Part shown: positions 1 to 11,400 of the stretch, in pieces
Position numbering within the stretch: position 1 is the first letter of the stretch
Layout: the number at the start of each line of letters is the position of its first letter
Assembly (NCBI GenBank): GCA_030390025.1
Contig: CM059425.1
Coordinates: 177,570,001-177,634,000 of the forward strand
Length of the DNA: 64,000 nt
Origin: Squalus acanthias
Lineage: Eukaryota
Direction: 5' to 3'
Made by a program: the position numbers and the translations under genes
Notes under the pieces: generated by a model
Databases searched by the model: none
The model's input: the letters and a program-made list of their open reading frames with translations, nothing else
What the model was told of the DNA's origin: nothing

Positions 1-730
1 CAGGAGGCGGGAAGATGTGCTGCTTCGGATCCCGTCTCCTGGAGGCGGGAAAGGGATTAAATCCTTGTAACTGCCTGTTAACAGGTAGTTAACAGGCAGA
101 AAAAAGGATTAGTGCCATTTTACCTTCACAGGTGAAGGCTTCCCGACCTCGGAGAACCCCGCCGGGTTGGAGGAGACGTGAAGGAGGTCTGCGGGGGTCG
201 GAGGCACCTGGAAGTAAGATGTAGAGGTGAGTGATGGGTGCAAGTGTGGAGTGGTAAGTATGGAAGGTGAGTGTCGAAGTGTTAAAAAATGTTCACTTAC
301 CTTGTTTTCTTCCTACAGTCTTCATCCACCCTGGATCGGAGACCCGACATCCTCCTTGTCGATTTCACAGACTGGCTGTTGGATCCTCCGACCCAACAGC
401 CATCTGAAATTGACAAAGTTGAATTGTTTGATGAGTCCTGAACACAAGGGCTCATCAAACTACAGAGAATGTCAGTGTTTGACAGCTTCACAGAGCTGTC
501 AAACACTGACGTTTCTTCTTTCAAGAAGTCTTGACAGATAGCACGTCTGACGTTGACGTGCTCTGTCAGTGACTTCCTCCCTAATTGGCCTGCTGAGCCC
601 GCAGGGCGGGCTTAACAAGGTCAATCAGGGGAAAATCCCTCTGGTTGGTCAGACGATGATGGAGGCGGGACATTGACACGACAAGCAGCAGTCCCGCCTC
701 CAACTCGTCTCCATTGAGAAAATCCAGCCC
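1..730. mobile_element. Partial Harbinger-type non-autonomous element (left end outside window)
   Basis: Ends in AAAATCCAGCCC, the reverse complement of the GGGCTGGATTTT terminus at 57107; the subterminal CCCGTCTCCTGGAGGCGGGA motif matches 57743-57761 in reverse orientation. Confidence 0.65.
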
Positions 731-799
731 CAAGTCTCCTGCTTGTGCCCCCGCTTCCGATGACTGTTTTGGGGGCATGTCTAGGAATGTTCCCACGCT

Positions 800-2906
800 A
801 TTCACAAGCTGAATATAGAAAGTACAGAGGAGATCTGAAAAAGTGAATAAGAGAGGCAAAGAGAGAGTATGAGAATAGATTAGTGGCTAACATAAAAGTG
901 AACCCAAAAGTATTTTATAAACATATGCATAGTACAGGAAACTTTCGTTTATCCGGCACCCAAATATCCGGAATTCTCGCTTAACCGGCAAAAATCAGGT
1001 AAGTTTTATTATACAGACAAGACCTCGATTCTGACCTTTCGCCCCCACGAAAGGGGGGTCAACGTTCTTCCGACTCGGACCTGTCGCCGCCACGGAGGAA
1101 AAAGCCGGAGTCTCGTTTACCTTCCCTCTCCGGGTCCCAATTGTTAAGCCTATGGCCGTGTACGGGGCTCTCGTACCTTTAAAAGGGTAGTCAAAGGAAG
1201 GGACCAAAAGGAAATCGTCTTGTGGAGGCAGAGGCCACGGCTGAGGTACTAACTTAATACTTTGCATCTGTCTTCACTAGAGAAGAGGATGTTGCTAATG
1301 TAGCAGTAAAGGAAGAGGCAAAAGCGATATAGGATAAAAATAGATAAAGTAGAGGTACTTAAAAGGTTGGCAGTCCGAAAAGTAGAAAAGTCGCTCGGTC
1401 CAGATGGGCTGCATCCTAGGTTACTGAGGGAAGTAAGGGTGGAAATTACGGAGGCTCTGGCCACATCTTTCAATCCTCCTTGGATATGGGGGTGATGCCA
1501 GAGGACTAGAGCATTGCAAATGTCACACCCTTGTTTAAAAAAGGGAAGAGGGATAAACCCGGCAACTACAGGCCAGTCAGCCTAACGCCAGTGGTGGGGA
1601 AACTTTTAGAGAAACTAATCTGGGACAAAATGAATTGGCATTTGGAAAAGTATGAGCTAATAAATGAAAATCAGCATGGATCTGTGAAAGGCAAATCGTG
1701 TTTGACTAACTTGATCGAGTTCTTTGATGAAGTAACAGAGAGGGTTGATATTGTGTATATGGACTCTCAAAAGGCGTTTGACAAAGACTTGTTAGCAAAA
1801 TTAAAGCCCATGGGATTAAAAGGACAGTGGCAGCATGGATACAAAATTGGCTAAGTGACAGAAAGCAGAGAGTAGTGGTGAGCGCTTGTTTTTCAGACTG
1901 GAGGGAGGTATATAGTGCTGTCACCCAGGGGTCGGTATTAGGACCGCTGCTCTTTTTGATAAATATTTTAATGAACTGAACTTGGGTATACAGGGCATAA
2001 TTTCAAAGTTTGCAGATGACGCAAAACTTGGAAATGTAGTAAACAATGAGGAGGATACTAACAGATTTCAGGAGGACATTGACAGACTGGTGAAATGGGC
2101 AGACACATGGCAGATGAAATTTAATGCAGAGAAGTGTGAAGTGATACATTTTGGTGGTAAGAATGAGGAGAGGCAATATAAACTAAATGGTACAATTTTA
2201 AAGGGGGTGCAAGAAGAGAGAGACCTGGGGTGTATGTACACAAATCTTTGATGGTGGCAGGACAAGTTGAGAAGGCTGTTAAAAAGGCAGATGGATCCTG
2301 GGCTTTATTAATAGAGGAATAGAGTACAAAAGCAAGGAAGTTATGCTAAACCTTTAAATAAAACACTGGTTAGGCCTCAGCTGGAGTATTGTGCTCAATT
2401 CTGGGCACCACACTTAGGAAGGATGTCAAGGCCTTAGAGAGGTACAGAAGAGCTTTACTAGAATAGTACCATGATGAGGGGCTTCAGTTATGTGGAGAGA
2501 CTGGAGAAGCTGGGGTTTTTCTCCTTAGAACAGGGAAGGTTAAGAGGAGATTTGATAGCGCTGTTCAAAATCATGAACGGTTTTGACAGAGTAAACAAAG
2601 AGAAACTGTTTCCAGTGGCAGAAGGGTCGATAACAAGAGGACATTTGTTTAGGTTTATTGGCAAAAGAACCAGAGGTGACATGAGGAAACAATTTTTTAG
2701 ACAGTGAGTTGTTGTGATCTGGAATGCACTGCCTGAAAGGGTGGTGGAAGAAGATTCAATAGTAACTTTTAAGAGGAAGTTAGATAAATACTTGAAGGGA
2801 ACAAATTGACAGGGCTATGGGGCAAGAGCAGGGGAGTAGGACTAATTGGATAGCTCTACCACAGGCATAATGGACTGAATGGCCTCCTTCTGTGCTGTAT
2901 GATTCA
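800..2906 (+). mobile_element. 5'-truncated degenerate CR1 LINE (RT region and 3' UTR)
   Basis: Fragmented ORF2 motifs PGNYRPVSLT, KSCLTNLIEFF, KFADD, RLRGDLI; 3' tail GAATGGCCTCCTTCTGTGCTGTATGATTC; interrupted at 935-1179. Confidence 0.9.
935..1179 (+). mobile_element. pogo/Tigger-like DNA transposon terminal fragment
   Basis: TA|CAGGAAACTTTCGTTTATCCGGCAC...TATCCGG...TAACCGGCA resembles pogo/Tigger termini; TA on both sides (933-934, 1180-1181); CR1 flanks rejoin; no matching right TIR. Confidence 0.55.
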
Positions 2907-3457
2907 ATTAAATGTTCCATCTGGCTTCTGCTACAGATCCCAGCACTGGGGCTCTCCGAATAAACTAAGGCCGTGAAATTCAGCACCTTAGCGCCGGCAG
3001 TTAAGGCTGGTTTTGAGAAAAAAATGGCGGCCACCTCACTTCTGCCCACTTCCAGTGCGGCCCGTGCTGGTCGCCATCTTGTTGATGGTGATAGCGCGGG
3101 CGGAACGTGTGTGCGCCGGCAGTATGCAGAGTTGGCAGATCATGACGTCAGGCAGCGTGTAATGTTGATTTGACGCATGACCTGCCATTTTTGATGTCGC
3201 CGTTCCAAACAACGACCTCTCTTAAACACACACAAGTGAACGTGCGTACAGCTGCACGAGGGACCCCCTCCACCAGTGCATCCAACTTGCAGGTAAGTTG
3301 ATTATTTCTCTTGCACTGGATCTTGCAGAGCTTGTATTAATACTGGCTTGCTGGAAGACATTTATAGCGCTGTTAAAGTGTGCAGGGAGTGCTACTGGAC
3401 GTGGGAAGACATTGCCTGCTACTAGAAGGCCTCTGACTACACCACTTGCTCCCAGTC

Positions 3458-4500
3458 ATGGGGGCTCTACTCGCATTCCCGCTCGCGCTGCAGCATGACG
3501 AAGATGGAGCAGAGGCAGCAAAGACAAGCTTCTCGAAGAGGGAGAAGGAGGAGGGGGAGGAGGGCTCTCAGCAGGAGGAATTACCCACCTGGGGTCTTAA
3601 GGGAGCATTTCTCCTACTTGCACCTAAGCCAGGAGCAGTGTGTTTGATGGCTCCGCTTCACCAAGGAGGTGGTCACAGAACTCTGCTACCTCTTGGAACC
3701 AGTCCTGCAGCCTCAGAGCAGGGTGACGATGGCACTGCCAGTGACCCTCAAGGTGACCGTGGCACTGAATTTTTTCACCAGTGGATCCTTCCAGGCTGGA
3801 ACAGGCGACATCTCGAAGTTCGCCGTTCATCGCTGCATCCGGGAGGACACAGAGGCTCTGTACTCTAGGAGAAGGGACTTCATTGCCTTCTCTCTAAACA
3901 GAGAGAAGCAGGAGGAGCGCGCATGTGTCTTTGCCAGGATATCGGGCTTCCCCATGGTGCAGGGGACCATCGACTGCACACACGTGGCTTTACGGGCACC
4001 GCATATCAATCCTGAGATGTACCGCAACAGCAAAGGCTACCACTCAATTAATGTGTAGTTGGTGTGCGACCACACCCAGCATATCATGGTCAATGCCCGC
4101 TAACCTGGCAGCAGTCAGGATGCCTTCATCCTGCACCAGTCCACTGTGCCAGCAATCTTCCAGCCCCCACATCGAATCCAAGGGTGGCTGCTTGGCGACT
4201 AGGGCTATCCGCTCTACACCTGATGACTCCCCTCCACAACCCCGCCACTCGTGACCAGCAATCATATAATGACAGCCGTGCTATCACGAGGAACATCATC
4301 GAGCAGACCAATGGGACCCCGGTCTGGTGAGTACTGGAGAGCTCCTTCCAAGCGCTGCCTTGACCGGGTGTCCCATTTCATGGTGGTCTGCTGCATCCTC
4401 CACAAATTGGCTGTTATGAGGGTACAGCCCTTGCCACCACGGGTTCTGCGACCACCTCAGGAGGAGGAAGAGGAAGAGAAGGAGGAGGAAGGGAGGATGC
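3458..4500 (+). pseudogene. HARBI1-like (DDE_Tnp_4) Harbinger transposase pseudogene
   Basis: KVTVALNFFTSGSFQ, GTIDCTHV, GYHSINV, LLGD*GY, RNIIEQT, VCCILH and acidic tail; stops and frameshifts. Confidence 0.9.
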
Positions 4501-4522
4501 AACCTGCAAATCCCCGTTTAGT

Positions 4523-4863
4523 TGAGGGTAGTAGGTCTGTGGAATTTGCTGCCCCAGGAAGCTGTGGAAGCTACATCATTAAATAAATTTAAAACAGAAA
4601 TAGACAGTTTCCTAGAAGTAAAGGGAATTAGGGGTTACGGGGAGCGGGCAGGAAATTGGACATGAGGCTGAGTTCGGATCGGTCGAGGCCCTGTGGGTGG
4701 CGGAGCGGGCCCAGGGGCTGAGTGGCTGGATCCTGCTCCTACTTCTTGTGTTCTTTAGATTTGAGGTTAGGATCAGATCAGCCATGATCTTATTGAATGG
4801 CGGAGCAGGCTCGAAGGGCCGATTGGCCTACTCCTGCTCCTATTTCTTATGTTCTTATGTTCT
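4523..4863 (+). mobile_element. Short CR1 3' end with duplicated tail
   Basis: End of ORF2 (FLEVKGIRGYGERAGNWT*), close to the 32791 element; ends in (TTCTTATG)n. Confidence 0.9.
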
Positions 4864-5053
4864 TAAACCCCAGATCCCCATTGCCCAACACTTCCCCACC
4901 TTACCATCCCTCTGTCACGGAACATCACAGTGTCCTCTTGGGCATAAAGCTGAAATAAAAGCCACCACAAAACAAACATTCCAAACATAATTTATAAATG
5001 ATTAATTCCAATATTACATAACAAAGTCAATGAATTACCCTTGTGCATTTCCT

Positions 5054-8000
5054 TAGTGTTTGTCTTTCGTGTGCCTTTGCCAATACCATTACACCAACGC
5101 AGTGCTACCCCAGTGGCTGCAGGATGGCTGGTGGAAGGCTGCTGACTTTCTGTGTGGGACACTGCAGATGGCCTTAAAGGATGACCTCGAGCAGCCCTGG
5201 GCCTAGAGGCCCGGCTGTAAACTGCACCACCTCGGCATGCGCGGCAGCAGTCTGGGTTGGCTGGTTGATAGGCAGCAGCAAAGTCACTGGTGGAGTGGCA
5301 GTGGTGGAAGTATGAATGCTGTAATCCTGAGAGAGATCAGCAGGTTCGAGCTCCACGGAGCCATTGCCACTCCCCCGGGGTGGTTACTCAGCATTCCTAG
5401 TAATCTTTTGGAGGACAGATTACTGGACTGTTGTGAGACCCTGCAAGCCCCCTTCCACACTCGTAAACCCTGCCATGGTGGCAGCAGTCGGATCTTGTCT
5501 GCATGAGAGCAGTCTGAGCTTGCATGGCAGCAAGTTGAGCCTGCATGACAGAAGTCTGAGCTTCCACTGCAGCACTCAGACGTTGGGTCGCTTCCGTTTG
5601 GGCTGCAGTGGAAGCTGCAACATCGGCCATCACACCCAGCATCATGGTTGGGTCCAAAAGGGTCAGTTTCAGCATGGGCTGCAAGCTCCGTGCAAAGCCC
5701 CGTGCAATGTTGGAGACGGACCCCTCCACGCTCCTTGACAGTGACAAGAGGCTCACTGGCAGGCCTGCCATTGCACCAAGCATTTCTGTGTGCATGCCCA
5801 TCACCCTTCTTCTGAAGGCCGCCCCATCGAAGTCCTCATTTGAGTTCTCTGCAGCGGAACTCATATGTGACCCCGCTCTCCGGGGAGCTGGCGCCTTTGC
5901 TACCCTTTCTCCAAGGCCTGGCTGCAGCCCATTTGTGCCCGGTGACTCACCACATGCAGATTCCACCTCTATACAACCCTCTAAAGTTCGAGCAGTGCCA
6001 TTTTTCGAGCTGGTGTCTGGGAGTGTCAGATCGATTGATAGTGTCTCTTCTCCATCATTCTCCTCCTCTACTTCTTCCTGCAGAGGCTGGGAATATTTTT
6101 TTATTCGTTCGTGGGATCTGGGCGTTGCTGGCAAGGCCAGCATTTATTGCCCATCCCTAATTGCCCTTGAGAAGGTGGTGGTGAGCTGCCTTCTTGAACC
6201 ACTGCAGTCTGTGTGGTAAAGGTACTCCCACAGTGCTGTTAGGGAGGGAGTTCCAGGATTTTGATCCGGTGGCGATATACTTCCAAGTCAGGATGGTGTG
6301 TGACTTGGAGGGGAACTTGGAGGTGGTGGTGTTCCCATGAGCCTGCTGCCCTTGTCCTTCTAGGTGGTAGAGGTCGCGGGTTTGAGAGGTGCTACCGAAG
6401 AAGCCTTGGCGAGTTGTAGATGGTACACACTGCAGCCACGGTATGCCGGTGGTGGAGGGAGTGAATGTTTAAGGTGGTGGATGGGGTGCCAATCAAGCGG
6501 GCTGCTTTGTCCTGGATGGTGTCAAGCTTCTTGAGTGTTGTTGGAGCTGCACTCATCCAGGCAAGTGGAGAGTATTCCATGACACTCCTTACTTGTGCCT
6601 TGTAGATGGTGGAAAGGCTTTGGGGAGTCAGGAGGTGAGACACTCGCCGCAGACTACCTAGCCTCTGACCTGCTCTTGTTGCCACAGTATTTATGTAGCT
6701 GTTCCAGTTAAGTTTCTGGTCAATGGTGACCCCCAGGATGTTGATGGTGGGGGATTTGGCGATGGTAATGCCGTTGAATGTCAAGGGGCGGTGGTTAGAC
6801 TCTCGCTTGTTGGAGATAGTCATTGCCTGGCACTTGTCTGGCGCGAATGTTACCTGCCACTTATCAGCCCAAGCCTGAATGTCGTCCAGGTCTTGTTGCA
6901 AGCGGGCATGGACTGCTTCATTATCTGAGGAGTTGGGAATGGCACTGAACACTGTTCAGTCATCAGCGAACATCCCCATTTCTGACCTTATGTTGGAGGG
7001 AAGGTCATTGATGAAGCAGTTGAAGATGGTTGGGCCTAGGACACTGCCCTGAGGAACTCCTGCAGCGATGTCCTGGGGATGTGATGATTGACCTTCAACC
7101 GCCACAACCATCTTCCTTTGTGCTAGGTATGACTCCAGCCCGTGGAGTGTTTTCCCCCTGATTCCCATTGACTTCAGTTTTACTAGGGCTCTTTGATGCC
7201 ACACTCGGTCAAATGCTGCCTTGATGTCAAGGGCAGTCACTCTCACCTCACCTCTGGGATGGTGACAGCTCTTGGGTAACAGAAACGAGAAAAGCACAAA
7301 GGTTGGGATGTGGTGAAGGGAGGGGAGAAAACAAGATATCCATGCATACAGAAGAGATGTAGAAGAGATTGTGGGATGAGGAGGAAGTGGGATTTGAGTA
7401 GAAGGATTAGGTAGGAGCATACCAACATCATCACTGCTTTCAGCCTCGCTGATCGTCACGGCCTCAGTGATGGCCCCCCAATTATTTCTAGAACTGTCTC
7501 CTCCAGCTGTGTCAGGTTCTGCAGCCGTGCTTGCCCCCCTCCTGTTGGTTCCTGCTCGTTCCAGTTATGCGCCACTTTGGCCTGAAAGAGAAAGGGAAGT
7601 GTGTCAGTGAGCATGGTGTGATGTGCCTGTCAAGATTGAATAGCTGGCATTGTGTGCAAGGTGAGAGATTTTGGGTGTGAGGCTTGCAACAGTGGTAAGT
7701 GTTTGATGGTGATGTGAAGCAAGGATTGTGAGGTATGGGTCGTCATTGCTAGAGATTGTAGGTAGGTGAGCAATGGGGCTGTGGTGCATTGAGCAGTGTG
7801 TGAGGCAAATGGTGCAGTTGGTGGGATATGTCATTTGAAGATGCATTCACTCACCTTGACCACTCGTGTGAGGTCATTAAACTTCTTCTGGCACTGGATC
7901 CAGGTCCTGGGGGACAGACTGGTGACACTGGCCGCTTCAGTGATCTCTCCCACTTCCTTCGAACAGTGTGTCTGGAAGGCTTCCTGGCCCTCTGCGGGTA

Positions 8001-8093
8001 GAAGATCTGTCTCCTCCTATAGACCCCCTTCACCAAGGCTTCCAGTTCTGCATTGGAGAACTGAGGTGCCCTTTCTCTGCCCTGTTGTGACAT
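5054..8093 (-). pseudogene. Harbinger Myb/SANT-like DNA-binding protein gene, 3 exons, decayed
   Basis: MSQQGRERAPQFSNAELEALV...WIQCQKKFNDLTRVVK|GTGAGT; later exons with acidic patch and Ala/Gln-rich helical region. Confidence 0.8.
6093..7253 (-). mobile_element. 5'-truncated poly(A)-tailed CR1/Jockey-group LINE
   Basis: [39 protein letters not shown]-tail; candidate TSD CTGGGA at 6087-6092 and 7254-7259. Confidence 0.88.
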
Positions 8094-8442
8094 TGCTAAA
8101 TACCCCTTCGCGTAGCTCCAGTTAGAAGAAAGTACGTCATTTAGAAAGCACTTCCCCTTTAAGAAGTGCAGACAGCCTTTTGATATTGGGCCCCCTGTTG
8201 AGCGCTGAGCTAACCAGCAGCATGTTTAGCGCTGGGCTCAGCACTAAATGTTAATGAGCAGACGGCACGAATTTTGCATGCTACCTGCATTACTTTCAAC
8301 GGGAAACTGCCCTTTCAACCAGGACTGCCCTGGTAGACGCATCGTTTTAGCCTGTTCTTGCCCCACGGAACTGATTTCTTCCTATCTCGACTTTTTTCTC
8401 TCTCCCCTTGTCCAGTCTCTTCCCACCTACATCTGCGACTCT

Positions 8443-11400
8443 TAGAACATAAGAACATAAGGCGTAGGAGCAGGAGTAGGTCATTTGGCCCCTCGAGCCT
8501 GCTCCGCCATTCAACAAGATCATGGCTGATCTGATCTTGGCCTCAACTCCACTTCCCCATAACCTTTGACTCCCTTACCATTCAAAAATCTGTCTATCTC
8601 CATCTTAACTATATTCAATGACCCAGCCTCCACAGCTCTCTGGGGAAGAGAATTACAAAGATTCACGACCCTCTGAGAGAAGAAATTCCTCCTCATTTCC
8701 GTTTTAAAAGGGTTTCCCCTTATTCTGAAATTATGCCCCCTAGTTCTAGATTCCCCCACAAGGGGAAACAGCCTCTCTGCATCTACCCTGTCAAGCCCCT
8801 TCAGAATCTTATATGATTCAATAAGATTCCCTCTCATTCTTCTAAACTCCAATGAGTATAGGCCCAACCTGCTCAACCTTTCTTCATAAGACAACCCCTT
8901 CATCTCTGGAATCAATCTCGTGAACCTTCGCTGAACTGCCTCCAATGCAAGTATATCCTTCCTTAAATAAGGAGACCAAAACTGTATGCAGTACTCCAGG
9001 TGTGGTCTCACCAACACCCTGTACAGTTGTAACAGGACTTCCCTACTTTTATACTCCATTCCCTTTGCAATAAAGGCCAACCTTCCATTTGCCTTCCTGA
9101 TTACTTGCTGTACCTGCATGCTAACTTTTTGTGATTCATGTACAAGGACCCCCAGATCCCTCTGTACCTCAGCATTTTGTAATCTCTCCCCATTTAAATA
9201 ATAATTTGCTTTTTTATTTTTCCTAACGAAGTGGATAACCTCGCATTTTCCCACATTATACTCCATCTGCCTGATTTTTGCCCACTCACTTAGCCTATCT
9301 ATATCCCTTTGGCGATTCTTTGCATCCTCCACACAATTTGCTTTCCCACCTATCCTTGTATCATCAGCAAATTTGGCTACATTACACTCGGTCCCTTCAT
9401 CCAAGTCATTAATATAGATTGTAAATAGTTGAGGCCCCAGCACTGATCCCTGCGGCACCCCACTAGTTACAGTTTTCCAACCTGAAAATTACCCATTTAT
9501 CCTGACTCTCTGTTTTCTGTTAGTTAGCCAATCCTCTATCCATGCTAATATATTACCCCCAACCCCGTGAGCTCTTATCTTGTGCATTAATCTTTTATGT
9601 GGCACCTTATCGAATGCCTTCTGGAAATCCAAATACACGACATCTACTGGTTCCCCCTTATCCACCCTGCTCGTTACATCCTCAAAGAACTCCAGCAAAT
9701 TTGTCAAACATCATTTCCCTTTCATAAAACCATGCTGACTCTGCTTGACTATATTATGATTTTCTAAATGTCCTGTTACCACTTCCTTAATGATGGACTC
9801 CAGCATTTTCCCAATGACAGATGTTAGGCTAACTGGTCTATAGTTGCCTGCTTTCTGTATCCCTCCTTTCTTAAAAGGGGCGTTACATTTGCGGTTTTCC
9901 AGTCTGCTGGGACCTCTCCAGAATCCAGGGAATTTTGATAGATTGCAACCAATGCATCCACTATCTCTGCAGCCACCTCTTTTAAGAGCCTAGGATGCAG
10001 GCCATCGGGTCCAGGGGACTTGTCCACCTTTAGCCCCATTAGTTTGCCTAGTACTTTTTCTCTAGTGATAGTGATTGTTTTAAGTCCCCCCACCCACCAA
10101 CCCCAATAGCTCCTTGATTATCCATTATTGGGATGCTTTTAGTGTCTTCTACCGTGAAGATCGATACAAATTATTTGTTCAAAGTCTCCGCCATTTCCCT
10201 GTTTCCCATTATTAATTCCCCAGTCTCATCCTCTCATCCTCTAGGGGACCAACGTTTACTTTAGCTACTCTCCTCCTTTTTATATACCTGTAGAAGCTCT
10301 TACTGTCTGTTTTTATATTTCTTGCTAGCTTACTCTCATAAGCTATCTTCTCTCTCTTTATCATATTTTTAGTCGTCCTTTGCTGGTTTTTAAAAATTTC
10401 GCAATCCTCTGGCCTTCCACTATTCTTCGCAACATTGTATGCCTTGATACCATCCTTTACTTCCTTAGTTAGCCACGGATGGTTCATCCTTCTCTTCGAG
10501 TCTTTCTTTCTCACTGGAATATATCTTTGCTGAGAGTTATGAAATATCTCCTTAAATGTTTGCCACTGCTTTTCTGCAGTCTTACCCTATAATATATTTT
10601 CCCAGTCCACTTTAACCAAGTCTGCCTTCATACCTTTGTAATTACCTTTATTTAAGTTCAGGACACTAGTTTGAGACCTAGCTTTCTCACCCTCAAACTG
10701 AATTTGAAATTCTACCATGCTATGATTACTCTTCCGAAGAGAATCCTTCACTTCAAGATCATGAATTAATCCAGCCTCGTTACACATTACCAGAGCTAAA
10801 ATAGTCTGCTCCCTGGTTGGTTCCACAACGTATTTTTCCAAGAAACCATCTCGCATACCCTCTAAGAACTCTTCCTCAAGTCTACCTTTGCCAATTTGCT
10901 TTGTCCAATCAATATGAAGATTAAAATCTCCCATGATTATAGCCGTACCTTTCTTACAAGCCTCTATTATTTCTTGATTTATACTCTGTCCTACAGTGTG
11001 GCTACTGTTTGGAGGCCTGTAGACCACTCCCACCAGTGACTTCTTACCCTTATTATTTCTTATCTCCACCCAAACTGATTCTACGTCTTGATCTTCTAAG
11101 CCAATATAATTTCTCACTACTGCACTGATCTCATCCCTTAATAACAGAGCTACACCACCTCCTTTTCCTTTTCCTTTCTGCCTATCCTTACGAAATGGCA
11201 AATACCCCTGAATATTCAGTTCCCAGCCTTGGTGACCTTGCAACCACATCTCTGTAATGGCTATCAGATCATACCCATTTTCTTGTTACGAATGCTGTGT
11301 GCGTTCAGATATAGAGCTTTTAATTTTGTCTTTTTACTATTTTTTCCTACACTGACCCCTCTTTCTGATGCACTCTTATGTGTATACGCTCTGTGCCTTC

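Larger units (their letters stand above)
2969..8382. mobile_element. PIF/Harbinger transposon (two-gene, decayed, with two LINE insertions)
   Basis: Degenerate termini GGCCGTGAAATTCAG / CTGATTTCTTCC, flanks TAA/TAT; convergent transposase and Myb genes. Confidence 0.8.
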
